Below are positions 25,901 through 37,916 of a DNA stretch of 57,614 nucleotides, piece by piece. Location: the NCBI GenBank assembly GCA_000934665.2, contig JYFJ02002400.1:1-57614 (forward strand), in the 5' to 3' direction. The position numbers and the translations under genes are program-made. The notes beneath the pieces were generated by a model. That model searched no databases. It had not been told where the DNA came from and worked only from the letters and a program-made list of their open reading frames with translations. The stretch comes from Catajapyx aquilonaris (Eukaryota). Each line of letters starts with the position of its first letter. The stretch's first letter is position 1.

Positions 25901-28017
25901 CGTATTCAGAGTCGTTCGCTAATGCAGCGCAAAAGTGCACACTAACTAGTGCGACGCTAGGTCCGCACTAGCGCCACACTTGTTGCTCCCATTCAGAGTC
26001 GCCTTACTGCCTGCTTAGAGCGGTGCACTAGGTTCGAACACTGCACTAGCGAGACGCGGTGTTGCCACGATTTCACAGTCAGGTTTTCGGACACCGTCTG
26101 GGCGATAAATGGGTACCACACGTGCCTATAGACACGCTTATCCTATACTGGATAAGTTGTTTTTTGTTCTTGGCAAAAATGGGTTCAAACACGAGGAGTA
26201 AGTGAAACACATATTTTTCGGCTGGCGATAATTGGCCCCCTTCCCCCCCCCCCCCCTTTCCTTCCATTTTCTTTTTATGTCGGTTTCCTTTTCCTTCCCA
26301 GCAGCACGTCATCACTCGAGCGAGTTGACTTTGGAAGGTTCGACTTTCAGGAGATGGATGTGTAAGTGCAGATGGACCACACGCGCTTTTCAGAGGCTTT
26401 GGGGGGGGGATTTTTTGGCAGCCGGGCCAAATAGCTTCTCTCGATGGAGTCAGATGCCGAGCACTTGCTGGGTAGAAAAATATGGATGGAGGTCGGGCCA
26501 AACCGCAGGAAAGTCATTACCGAAACACTATACGTTTCCAAGAGAGTTGGTCAGGCTTTCTCCCAAGTATTTTCTGAAAGGTGCTGTGGTTGACTGGTGT
26601 CATAGGTCGGGGAGCTAATTCTGGTTGGGGCCAATCTGTCTCTCTGGTAGGTGCTGGGGGGCATGGAGGAAGAGGGTTGCTGAGCTGCGGGAATCCGTCG
26701 GATTTGGAGTGGATTCGATGCTTTCAGAGCCTGGCAATAAATAAGAGGGAGGCAAACACTGGTCGGCTTCAGAGGAGGGGGAGACTTCCCCAAAATGGGG
26801 GACTGGCATCACAGGTAGTCCTCTGCCCGTGAAATGCGTTTGTGTCGGCCGAATTGGTGCCCTTCGGATGAATAGATTTGTTGGGGAGGTACAGAAGGGG
26901 ACAAAAGAGAAAATGGAACAAAAGATTTTGAGCGGACGTCTTAATCTGGCAAAGCCAAGGAAGGGTCCAGGTCCGTCCTAGAGAAAGAGAGAGAAAAAAA
27001 AGGTTTGGACCCTGCTGTGTGACAAGAAGGCAGCTGCCGGATTTGGGTAGGACATTTCTGCCTGCATGTTGCGGCCATTGTGCATCTCCTCTCAACAAAA
27101 ACCCGGGGGGACCAGGTCCAAAATTACAGACAACACATTTCTGCTACACTACATGGCGTTGACAACTGTTTGCCGCAGCAACTAGTCTCGAAAGATATCA
27201 AAATCCTACCAGTTTTGCACGACGTCACGCGACCTTGGACTCGCCGCATGCGCAGTCGCTCTGATGGCTTTATATTACTTTCTATACGTTATGAGCACAA
27301 TTTTGCAGTTGGGATCATTGGAGCCATAGCCTGTGGGAAAATAAGTGCTTTAACCTGCCGGATGATTGCCTAATAAAACGGGTTAAATACCGAAATAAAA
27401 TTAAAAATCCGACGTTTTATGCCTCGCTGGCCCCAGATTTATTTCGGGAAACCTCTTTTAAAAAAAGGGTCTATGGCTTCTCTTTTCTCTCTCTTTTTTG
27501 ATCCGACGAGCTGAGTGGTATAAGTGGAGTGTGACAGTTGATGGAGGGCTGGCTTGTACTGTCCTCCTGTCCACTTACCCGGAGGGACATCCATGACGAT
27601 CGCTATCCCGGACAAACCTCGCAGCAGCCAATAGGCCAGCTTCATCCCTCATAACATCCTGATGGGGGAGGGAATCTCTCGCTTTTTTTCCTTCTTATTC
27701 TTGGGGGTCGCCCCTCCGGTAGCCCCAACTCGTCTCGATCGAATTTAGTCCCCAAGATGGACGGTTCATGTAGGGAGGACCAGGGTCTAGGATCCATTTA
27801 CCTTTTTTTTTTACGACCAGATTTTATTTCTGGCGCTGGCGACGCCTGCGGGTTGCTGTCACTTTCTTACGTCCCCCTTCCCATGTACCGGACCCTCAAC
27901 TTTTTTCATTCCGAATTAAATTTCCTTCGGACGTGAAGCTTGCCACAGAAATCCATAGAGTACGAGTCTTTAAAAAAACGACTGTACTGCAAGGATTTGG
28001 CTTGCTGCCAATTGGGT

Positions 28018-28045
28018 GTGGGTTCGGGCCCCACGTTGGGCGCCA
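28018..28045 (-). other. Primer-binding site complementary to tRNA-Lys(CUU) 3' end (extended, includes CCA)
   Basis: Plus strand GTGGGTTCGGGCCCCACGTTGGGCGCCA vs the conserved metazoan tRNA-Lys(CUU) 3' end GTGGGTTCGAGCCCCACGTTGGGCG+CCA: 27/28. Minus strand reads TGGCGCCCAACGTGGGGC, the classic Lys PBS. Not a complete tRNA gene. Confidence 0.88.
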
Positions 28046-28046
28046 A

Positions 28047-28201
28047 TGTCAGGACCCTTGACCAGGACCAGGCTAGCTCGCAGGGCGTGGGAATAAGAGT
28101 CCGGTGGGAGGTTAAATCAGTGTATTGCAGGAGAGAGAGTGTCTCTTTTTCCCACGCCCTATGAGCTAGCCTGGTCAGGGGTCAGGTCAAGGATCCTGAC
28201 A
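28047..28201 (-). mobile_element. 155-bp TG...CA element: LTR-like terminus with long foldback arms
   Basis: Ends TGTCAGGA...TCCTGACA; arms of about 55-60 bp pair with a few mismatches and one 6-bp indel. On the minus strand it is followed after 1 nt by a tRNA-Lys primer-binding site. Confidence 0.75.
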
Positions 28202-28269
28202 CGCAAAAAGATTGTCGCACTGTATCTGTGTGGTGACCAGCCCTTTCTGGTTTACCCTCCTGCCGCAAG
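28202..28269 (+). mobile_element. Truncated family-A MITE left arm
   Basis: CGCAAAAAGATTGTCGCACTGTATCTGTGTGGTG...CTCCTGCCGCAAG aligns without gaps to 20978-21045; the first ~8 bp of the TIR are replaced by the element at 28047-28201. Confidence 0.8.
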
Positions 28270-30292
28270 CCGGTTGAGGGTGTTTGGGGGTGATTCTATA
28301 CTTCCCCTTTACCCTGTTGAATGCACCAGGATGTGCATTGAATATTTAACACGCGCTATGCACTCGGTGTTACTGCATTACTAAGCTCGCAGGCACGTAC
28401 GGATTGTGCCAAAATTCACAAGGCATTTTAGGGATTCCGCGTGGTTATCTGGACTCCTGCGAATGTTTTCCCAAGAATTCCAGCGCAACTCTAGCCCCCC
28501 CGGATTCCACCCCTCTCTCAGGAGGAAATTTCAACCGTGGAGGGGAAACTGTGCATCGATTAGGAAAGGCGAGGCATAAGCAGGCAACAATGTGTAGTCG
28601 GGAGTCCACGAGGTTTGCACCAAGTTGTGTAAGTGCAGTGTGTGTGTGTATACACAGGAAAGGCATTTAGCGAGAGTGGCTCGGGCAACGGGGGATTTTC
28701 CGGGCCAAGCCCGTTTTCGAAAAACTGTAAGGTGTCGGCTACTTAACTCCAGAAGGGAAAACAAACTTCAAAACCCAGTTCAAGGCTGGAGAAACTAGGC
28801 CAGGTCATCAAAGTTTGACATGTACTGCATGGAAAAAAGTTTTTGACATACCCTGCTCTCTGCAGCCACCCCAGTCTTATTGCTAGAGAGTGGTGGATGC
28901 CAGACGGTATATGCAATTTGACGTGGCTTTGGGTTCCCAGTGGCAGCTCCGCCTGGGTGTACTTAGCAGATAGACAAATGTAAATAGTAGGGACAAATGG
29001 AATCCACAGGCTTTGGATCCGTAATGAGAGTAGCAAGCCCTCCCCCTCCCCTGCCTCTAAATGGCATTAGGTTCCCCAGGCAGTCATTAAAGCGACCTCA
29101 GCAGCAGCTTGCTCTTTTACATCCTCGTTGCTTCATGAGGGAGGAGAATAGAGATTGGGGAGGTGGGGGAGGGGGGCAAAAGGCGTCTATTCGATCTTTG
29201 ATTTATACTAAAAGCCACGGCGCGAGAACGAGTTCCGTTTTCTTATAAGAGTGCAACTTATAATGGCGGGCAGGAAAGTTTGCCTTCCCTTCCCGCGTGC
29301 TGCCTCGCCCTATCATATATAATTATAAGCCCAAAGTAGGTAGTGGGGGAGTTATGCAGGGAAAGTTAGCGGGGGGGCCCTATTGATACCCGTTTTCAGC
29401 TCTGATTAAGTACAACCAATAAGGGAGCCGTGAATCATTTTTATGGCGGGTTAATTCGCCAGCCAAGGAAATTAGTACACTTCTCTCCGGAAGATGCTTT
29501 TCTTTTCCGGAGGGGGGGAGTTGACCTCTTAAGTTTGCCAAAAAAAAATGGCGATGAGGGATAATGAAGCATCGATTGACTTTGGCCCAAACGTGTATCA
29601 AGTTGCCGAAATAACGGTGGAAATATACACAGGATAACTTGGCGTCATCAACCAAGGTCCTTCCCCTCTTTCGAGTGAATCAATCAAGTTGTTTCCGGAA
29701 CTTGTGGATGTCTTTTGGCGTGTTGAGTGTCCGAGAAGATTGTCTGCGAAAAGAGGGGGAAAAAAAGAAATGAGGTTAAATTGTCCTCGGAAGACCGATT
29801 CGTAAGTGTAGTCGTGGCATGCAACCGGGGAGGGGCGGCCCGCGTGCTGGTTATTAGCCCCACTCCCCACTGAAAGAATGGCTCCCAGCAGATTGGCCCG
29901 ACCGTCTTCCCCAGCAGGCCCATCCCTTCTTCTTGCAAAATTAATATTCCTGCAGCTGGCTCCCCCTTCTTGTCTTGATTCCCTTCCCCCCCAAACTAGA
30001 AGCCTGAGCATCCAGGGTTAGCCAAACACGTGTCCTTTCCACCACTTGTGTATACACACACACACCGGGGGCACCCCATAAATAACGGAGACGCTTTTAG
30101 AGCCCCTGTTTTGACACTTCACTTCCTCGTCACGCAACCTCTAATAGTCTGGGTACGCCATAATGCGTATTTCAAGACCACCGCCATCTGTCTGTACATT
30201 GCCCTTAGGGACACCACTGACCAGCGACATCCCAGTGTCCCATTGTCGGTTTATCTTACCCTCGGCGCTACTGTTAGCCTGAGCGTATCTCA

Positions 30293-30368
30293 GTGAGCAG
30301 CGCCATCTGTCGGTAGCGTCCCCCGAACCTCCAAGTGAGCGCCATCTATCCACAGCGTCCCCTCAACC
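30293..30368. repeat. Degenerate ~42-bp tandem duplication, each unit with AGCGCCATCT
   Basis: GTGAGCAGCGCCATCTGTCGGTAGCGTCCCCCGAACC followed by GTGAGCGCCATCTATCCACAGCGTCCCCTCAACC. Confidence 0.7.
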
Positions 30369-31321
30369 ATTCCGAATGGTCGTTTGCACGAGTCGAGTGA
30401 ATCATCCCGATGGGAATGAAAGGAACACAATGCAGTGGAAGCGTACCAGGCAACGTCCGTCTGTTTGACTAGAGACAAGCTCTTTGAGAATTGACGAGGA
30501 AACACCATTGTTAGGGAAATCTGATTAGGAATGTCTTCTGTCGCGTGGGGGGAAAGGAGGGGGGGGAGCAGACGTCACATTCTCTCCCCTCCTTCCCTCT
30601 TTTTATGGATAAAAAAAGAGCGGGAAAGGGGGGCAAATGAAAAGAGATAGCATTGGGTATGCTTTGGAGGTTTTTCCCTGGCTGGTTGAAAAGGGGGTGG
30701 GGGGTTGAGGTGGTGGCATTTTCCTCTCCCCCTTGGCGTCGGCGGCGTCGGCGTCGGCATTTGCATGAAAACGTTCGGAAGTGAAACGGAGAGAGCGAAA
30801 AGGCAATGAAGCGTAAGGCAGATATGGAACGAACATCATCTGTGCCCAGCGCCGACGACTCGTTCGGAAATAGTGCGGTGGCATATTAACATGGGAAAGA
30901 GAGGGGATAGAGGGGGGGAGCATTCCCTCTCCCTCCTCTCCCCTGAGGCCCCCCCCCCTGTACCCCCGCGCGGTTTTTTCGCAGGCTGTGGTTTTTCTAC
31001 ACGCGGAGGCACGCCGCATTCATGGCCAGGGCCGGATACGTCGGATTCTTCCTGCAGATCAATTTATTGAATCCGTCCAATCAGCCTGCTGCTGCTGCTG
31101 CCAGACCATAGTCGAGGGAAAAAGGGGGAGGGTGGGGAGGATCGGGGGCTATGAATATTATTGAACACTCACGAATACCAATCGCGATCACCTTGGACGC
31201 ACGCACTGCTTTAACCCGATCCAGGAAATGGGATTTCTAACCTGCCCAACTCGAGGGGATTGTATACAATCGGGTCACATTCATAACATACTATTCAATA
31301 ACTGGTTTTGGCCCAGATGTA

Positions 31322-31362
31322 CAGTCTGTTAAAGGATGGTAAGGTACTCCCTTAACCGACTG
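31322..31362. mobile_element. 41-bp Tc1/pogo-like mini-MITE
   Basis: TA|CAGTCTGTTAAAGGA ... TCCCTTAACCGACTG|TA. Confidence 0.65.
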
Positions 31363-34300
31363 TACATGGTGCCAGATGCGATGCAGCTTCATCTGGCACC
31401 CTTGTCGGTGAGACGCCATGTTTAGAGCCTAGCCACGTGGCTGGAATGTTCTCCAGATTGTGATTCTGTTGGAAGCTGCAGAAGGAGCAAAATCAATCTC
31501 GTCATCCGGCCAAGCGGAGTGATCTTGACTTGGGCCGGAAGAAGGTATGCAAATGCCTCATAATTATTGTTAGTCTTGCCTGGAAATGCTGCTTGATCAG
31601 CAGGTCGTATGGAAATGGACGGCGAAAATGAGAAGATATGGCGCAAGGTCACCCATCTGCTATTGGCTGGAAAGGATGACAAAAGCTGGCTTTAGAGAGA
31701 GAGAGGCCCCCACCGTCCATTAAGGGATGACACTTTCCGACAAAAGGAGGGGGGTCGGCGAGTGACACTTTGGACCTCCCATTGCAAGGGCCCCGAATTG
31801 GGAGCATTTAGGAAGTGTTGGCTGCGGAACCAGGGGAAAGGACTGATTTATGACGCGACGAAATTAGGAAATTCAACCCCTTTTGGGCTTTTGAGAGTTG
31901 GGCCCGACACTGGCTGGCCCTTTCAACCTGATTTGTCATCGGGGCTTGACCATCTGGAGAGGACATGTGCACCATGCGTGTCTGGAAGTTTTTGACACCT
32001 CCAGCATGGGGTCGGGAATTGATGGATTGCCTCTGCCCATCACCTGGAGAAATAACAACCCCGCTATTTTGTAGCTCCATATAAAATAGCAAATCCGGTA
32101 TCGTACACAGGTTTTTGCAAGTAGGTCGGGAAACCTTTTGCCGAGGTCAGTGAAGGGAGCAAAAGGCTTGTTTCCTCCAGAGAGAAATTGGCTCCAGATT
32201 TATCCGGAGGTAAATGGCAGATTTGGCATTAGCCGAGGAGGAATCGTGTTCATAAAGCGGGAAGAGGCCTGCTCGTTCCGCGGTGTTTGTAAATGTTAGA
32301 GCTTGGCTTGGCTGGGAGGGGGTTTTGTGGAATAAGGGTTAGAAGAGGAGGGGGGGATGCAGCAGCCTCTCTTTCCAGGGCCTGCCTAGATATAATCTGG
32401 GTGCTGGGTTGGAGCATATTGGAATCATTTGTTATTCCGACCGGGAGTTGTCAGTCGGATTGGCCAAATGATTCCGGGTGTCGGCGCCACTTTGGCCACG
32501 GCTTGCCGCACTTTGATCCCGAGGACTTGCAAGCCCAGAGACCCAGGTTTTAACCGGTCCCGGAATTATGATTATGATTATTTTCGTCGTCTCGCAGCCT
32601 TGCGCGCCACTTGCTTTAATGGGAAAGCGCAATTGGATTACCGCCCCAGACTCCGCTAAAACCCACACGATCTTCACAACCAACGTTGCCTCTATAAGAC
32701 CGATGGATCAACATTCTGATGATGGATATCTCTAGTTTTGATTTTCAGGCACGACTCGTTGGTCACAATCGCCGGTTTATTAGCTGAGAAATGATGGGGC
32801 CGGCTCTCATCAAACGGTGCCGTATGCCGGGGTCAGACTGAGGTCAGCACGTGGAAGGCGGCCTGCAGTGACACGAGGGGTGCGGTCCGGGCCATAAATT
32901 TCCGCAAAAAGAGAGAGGACAGGGTGTGCCACAAAGTGTCACGCCTATGAAGCTGTCGAGTGTGTCTCGCTTATTTACAACTCTCGGATATAAAAATAAT
33001 TTCGACTCAGCCAATCCGCCATTGTTGGTCATCCCGCACGTCTTTTCCGCTCCAAGCTGCACACTGGCGCCCCTGGATTTATGTGGCGGAAATTTGGCTT
33101 CCAGGGGGCCAATGGCACGCAGGTGGTCATAATTCAGAGGCTTTTCAGGCAGGGGCCAGCGATCAGCTCCAGGCCTTCCTGCAGCTGCAACGCCCGCCAA
33201 AAGAGAGAGAAGAGAGAGAAATGTGTGCTCTTTCCAGCTGTTTTTTTGCGCGCGTTGCCATCGGGCACAACCGTCCAAAAATGATGTAGATTGATTCGGA
33301 TCCTGTCGCTTTTCATTTTGAGGAATGTATAATCCGCTGCCTTATTGGAGAGCTGGGGGAAGAAGACAAACGCTGTGTCATTGCTGTACTGTCACCACCA
33401 AAAAAGGTATTCCGGGGGCATTCCGGAGAATCCGGAGAGATATATGTGACGAGTGGCCCCCCTAACATAAACACGAGCCGAACGACCAGGGTCAACAATC
33501 CCCGCCGTGACCGGAATCCGGGATGACCCGACGACGGTGTCGCCATCTCCACACCCAAGTTGGAACACCAAAGGGGACCGCCCTTAATGAACCCAGCGAA
33601 AGGTTTAATGGGCCTTGCTTAAGCGGGGTTCAAAGTCTGTCCCGCCGATGTCTCCTCATGCCGGACACGTACGGACCTCCTGGGAAAACACCACCGGGGG
33701 TTCCAGAACTTACACATTTTTTTTCTTCGTCTCTTCCACCGCCCAAAAAGTCTTATCGATGCAGAGGGAAAAAGGCCGCCTCCCTTTAATCCTGTTATGC
33801 ATGGCAGCTTCTGGTTAGTGTTAGGCGCCCCAGATAAAAGAGGTCAGTTTGGAGGGGGATGACCAGTAGAATTGGGGGCTCCTGCTATCGGGTCCCCAGG
33901 AAGGAAATGAGCGCCCCCCACCCCCTCCTCCTGTTTTATTATCGCACCCTTCCCTACCCTCCCACGTCCTCAGAAATGTTGTCCGAAAGTTTGGGTCGCC
34001 CAATTTTCCAGGACCAACTTTGGCCCTGGAAGACACTTTTCTTTTCCTGGAGCCAAGCCAGGAGCGCATGTTGTGATCAATTGTGACGTCCGATTGAGGC
34101 CGGAATTTGCTTTAATTGGAACGGACCGAATTTACGACGCCGACGACCCAATTGCTGCAACTTGGGGAGAGAGAGTGAAAAAAATGGTTTCGTGTTTCTA
34201 ATTAAACTTTATTTTCGGGAATGGGGTGGGTGGGAGACTAGTTAGATAAAAATGGGACTGGTTGTTGTCATCTACGTGAAACGGCCATTGCGTCCGCCCA

Positions 34301-37300
34301 TAAATTACGATTCGGGTTTATTACTCTCGACATTTATATATATGTAACATGTGGCTGTAGACTTTTACAACTGTTGTGTGCCGGCGGTACATGGCCCTGC
34401 CGTTTGTCTCTTTGTTTCCATGATGTGAATGCATTGTTTGAATATTTCCTGCAACGCGGTACATTCAATATATAAAATGACTGCCTCTTTTTGTCGCACT
34501 GGTTTTTGTTTTCCACATTTTCAAAGCGATTGACTGTACATTCACTTCTGGTTGTGATTGTTGTTTCTAACCGGTTTCTGCTGGCTGTAAATAATTCATA
34601 GCTTCTTTCCCGCCCCCGTCGTTGAACTCTGGGCTTGTGAAGGGTACTGGTTTGTGCACAAAGTTCAACGAACAATGTTGCAGTAATATACCTAATTAAC
34701 TGTCAAACACAGTACTGTACATGTCGCATATTCTTATATGAAAAACCTAATGCGAGATATGGCAACGAATTCACGGCATGACGTGGTAAATATCCAGTCT
34801 CGTTGTGGCCTAAAAAGTAGGGGGCGTGTAATGAATAAATTGCGCAGTTCCCACTATGCAATTATGGTTGTTACGCGAGACAAATTTAAAATGCCCTTTT
34901 TTGGAAAACGCCCGCAAATATGTTGCAAGTGCGCCCGCCCACGTTGCGCAAATTATACCAACTATTTTTTTGGGCCCGAATACACAATTTAATTGTCCAA
35001 TTGTCGATAAGTCTCTGCCATCACACACACAGAAAAAAAAATGTCCCTTATGGCAATTGCCAATTGAAATGAAGTGGCTCGATACATCATGATGTTATGG
35101 TGTGGAGCATCACAAACCTCCCCTCCAAAAAAATATGGCGGGGGGATGTCAGAGAGATGTATGTCTGAAGCTGGGAACCCAGGCTTTTACTCCCAAATAG
35201 CACGTGACAGGCCATCAGGCATTCATTCCCACAGCGCGGAAGAAAAGAAGCCACACAGCCTTTGATTCTCTCGCAGAATCTCTCTCGGCGACTCTTTTTT
35301 TTTTGTATAATAAAAAAAAACTCGGACGCTCCAAAGAGGCAGGTGTCCAAAAATGCGTTGCCAGCAGATATATCCGTCCCATGGTCGCATCCAGCAGACA
35401 CGGCGGCGGCGCTTTTCATTGTTGTGTCACTTCGACGTCGCCAAAATTCCGGAGAGAAGTGCGCTATTTATATATATAAAAAAGTAGCTGTTAATTTTTC
35501 GTAGGTAACAGTATCTGGTCCAAAGTGCTTCCTGGTCCACGTGGACCTTTAGGGGTTTGAAGGAGTTTGGATGGTGGTGGTGGGGGGATCCGGGGGCAAC
35601 CCTATCCCTGTGAGAAGGCTGCCAGACTCTGGCCACACATGCCATTAGGAAACGTAAACATGGGGAGGGAGGCTGAGAGAAGATAAATGGCGAGAAGATG
35701 GACTCCCCTTTGCTCCTGGGGGCTGCCTGGGCCAGATAACAGCGACACCCCTTTGCGACACCTACACACGTGCACATCTTTTTTGAGGAAACACTTCCGC
35801 CTTCTTATGGAAGAGGGAAGAAACAGTCCCCTTCTTTGTACATAAAAAAATTTGCATTTTATGGAACATCTTCATGGAGCTGATAACAAGCTGGGGTGTC
35901 TTGATGACTACTTTTTTCTTAAGGAGGCTGCATCAGAAAAACGTGACAAGGATTTGTGTAAGCATGTTTTGGAATGTAACATGGGGTGTGCTCAACACAG
36001 ATGCTTCTTTTTTATCCTTCCACCTAAACAAAAACTCATTTTACGAGTTCTGCTAATTGAAGATTTGCTCCAAAATGCATTTACTGTAGTATGTGTGGAT
36101 AGATTGGTTGAGTAGGTCCCTTTTGCTGCATGCCCAACCCCATAATTTGATGGGTGGTCAAATGGGGCTTCAGGGAAACCTGATAGTGTGTGGTGGACCA
36201 CACATGATGAGAAAATTTTTGGTTGGTTGGGGAGGGTTTGAGAGATGGCCAAGGTGAGCATGTGGAAGAAGAGGAAGTGGGCGTGACTCTTTCAGTTCTG
36301 GATAATACGATGCCCCCACCATGGAAACGATCGCCACATTTGCGTGCATGAGTAGGAATTCGCTATCTATCAGACGAAACCTAACTTGAAGGGCGTCGGC
36401 ACCTTTGAAAATGCTGCCAAAACTGTGCTTCTGGCAATTATTATTAGCAAGCACTGTAGGCGCCAGTGTGACTGAACCTAATTACCCAGACGCACTGTAC
36501 ATAGGTTTAATTTGGGGGTCTACATGTTGTGTGGTAAAAACGCGGCCAAGGCGGGATTGTATACGAATCAATTTGCGGGCAAAGTACTGATCAGATACAG
36601 AGTGAGCTGTGTTGTAATACACGGCGGTCAACAGGTCGGAAACTTCTCTCGGGCCGATCATTACCGGTAATTGATCACGAGTTCAGATGCTAATCTCTCA
36701 AGTTGGAACCAAGCGAAGAAAAATATTCACCTTAAGGAAAGGAAAGGGGGGGGGGGGGAAAAAAGTTCAATTTTTTTTTCTCCTTTCCTCCATGAGTCAT
36801 GAAGGTCTTAGGGGTTAAAGGTTCCTAATTTGCGTCCAGAAAAGAGAGAGCTCACCTGATTAGCAGCTCGATCACAAATGGAGCTTGCTGGGGGGGGGAT
36901 GTTATTATAATGGAAGCTCTCTCGTGATGGGAAGAAGTGGGGGGGAATTTTTACCTGGCCCTTATATACCCCCCCAAAGCTTGTTAATGGCTGCAGCTTG
37001 TTCCGTGACGGGTCCAACCCCCCCATGAAAAAAAAGGAACACGCACTTTTTTACATACCCAACACGACACTCGACACTATGTGCAGGTCATTGCACACAC
37101 TGTAAGTCTTTGCTGATGTAAGTACATGCAGCGCATAAAATACAAACATAATAATAATAAAAAAGTTTCGTGCCACTGTGCAATATTTAACTTTTACCCG
37201 CAACTCTTAATTAAAAGCGGCCTTATGTTTTCAGGTCGCTTAAAGTGCAAACATAATCGGAAATGATACAAACACTGTAGTTTACCCAGGACCTCTCTCT

Positions 37301-37916
37301 TTCTCGCTTTTTTTTTTTTAAATTCGAGTTGAATTGTTGGCAGTTGATTAGGACCAAAAAGTATAATAATATACTGGGTGCTCTTTCGTCTCACTCCCTC
37401 CGTATAATTGAGCGACGTTAAACTAACCGTAAAAATTACATTGCACGCTCCGGCTGATGAAAGAGAGAAAAAAAAGGGGGGGGGGTTGCAAAAAAAAGTG
37501 TGCAGTTATTGGCATTCAACAACAGCCCCAGGGGCATATGATGCGTGCCCTGCAATTACGCCAAAACATGCATAATATAATATACGAAGGTGTGTTTGCG
37601 GTGAGCCTCGTGGATTTCTATAATGGTTTCAGCTGTGGGTCCAACCTGTGGGTGTGTTTTTTTTTTCGGGGGGGATAAGAACTGCGGGTGGGGAGGTGGT
37701 GCTTTGCATAATTCAAAAGGGGGAGAGGGCCTGAAGAGGTCATTCGGAGTCTGGGTCATGCCGCCAACGTAAAAGCATAATTCGATCGAAGGTAGTAATC
37801 GAAAGGAGGGGGGTCCCCAAAAGAAACACGTGTCTCCAAAATGAGCTGCCATCCACAAACAATGTATCAGCAAACAATGCAAAGGGTTTCTAACAATGCT
37901 TTTTTCTTCCTTTCAG

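Larger units (their letters stand above)
8808..37916 (+). other. Sema2a: Sema2a intron (29,109 bp, GT-AG, phase 1)
   Basis: Bounded by GTGAGT and polypyrimidine-CAG; joining the flanking exons restores a continuous semaphorin reading frame. An unseen small exon inside cannot be excluded. Confidence 0.8.

Noticed and set aside
25897..26050. PIF/Harbinger-like end GGGCCGTATTCAGAGTCG with internal repeats
   Set aside because: Only one end found, with no matching TIR or TSD; cannot delimit an element.
28014..28045. tRNA-Lys gene
   Set aside because: Only the 3' ~32 nt are present, with encoded CCA and no D-arm or anticodon arm; treated as a PBS.
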